64,000 bases of DNA from Eukaryota sp. GEM-RC1 (taxonomy: Eukaryota), in NCBI GenBank assembly GCA_040285855.1, contig JAUFOQ010000010.1, forward strand, positions 1,922,001 through 1,986,000. Direction: 5' to 3'. Positions 63,701 through 64,000 of the stretch are shown here, in pieces. The position numbers and the translations under genes are program-made. Under the pieces are notes generated by a model. That model worked only from the letters and a program-made list of their open reading frames with translations. It did no database searches and had not been told where the DNA came from. Each line of letters begins with the position of its first letter. The first letter of the stretch is position 1.

Positions 63701-64000
63701 GGAGGGAAAAATTTTAAATTTTGAGAAATTTGATTATAAGTTTTGGTTGAGCTGTCTTGACATTATTTAAAACAATTCCTGTTGTGTTTTCGAAAGCTCT
63801 ACTAGTTCTCAGTGTTTTCTAGAAAGAAAAAGCTGCTGTTAACTTCAATGACAATGAGTGTTGCTGATGTGACAGTCAGTTCCATTATCGCAAATTTTTG
63901 CAGTCATAAAATTGATCACCTTTCAATTCTTTTACTGCTACACTCTTCACAACAATTAGTCTGAATTCATAATTAATCTGAATCAGACTAATTATTGTTT

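Noticed and set aside
1..64000. tRNA, rRNA or snRNA genes
   Set aside because: No cloverleaf, A/B boxes or rRNA-like conserved segments were recognised by eye; a covariance-model scan would be needed to exclude them.

Overview
AT-rich, intron-poor eukaryotic (protist-like) DNA using the standard genetic code; TAA, TAG and TGA all end intact genes. The left part holds single-copy genes: a Bacillota-type thioredoxin-dependent arsenate reductase (arsC), a large RNI-type LRR/coiled-coil protein, a RINT1/TIP20-like tether, a bacterial-type peptidase T, and an unusually compact RNAi-type RNA-dependent RNA polymerase (DFDGD). The middle (about 17-36 kb) is dominated by mobile DNA: a decayed Ty3/gypsy element with about 100-bp LTRs, six hAT-type MITEs with 8-bp TSDs (one TSD imperfect), a complete 2.1-kb MULE with a 9-bp TSD, and a duplicated segment hiding an intron-split SRF-type MADS-box gene. 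The right part (36-64 kb) is a cluster of mosaic, internally repeated LRR genes and pseudogenes. It also carries a 5'-truncated RLE non-LTR retrotransposon and a head-to-head small GTPase/CDK pair. Many genes are broken by single-base +1/-1 indels, mostly at short homopolymers, which most likely reflect long-read assembly error. All calls come from reading motifs by eye; no database searches were run.
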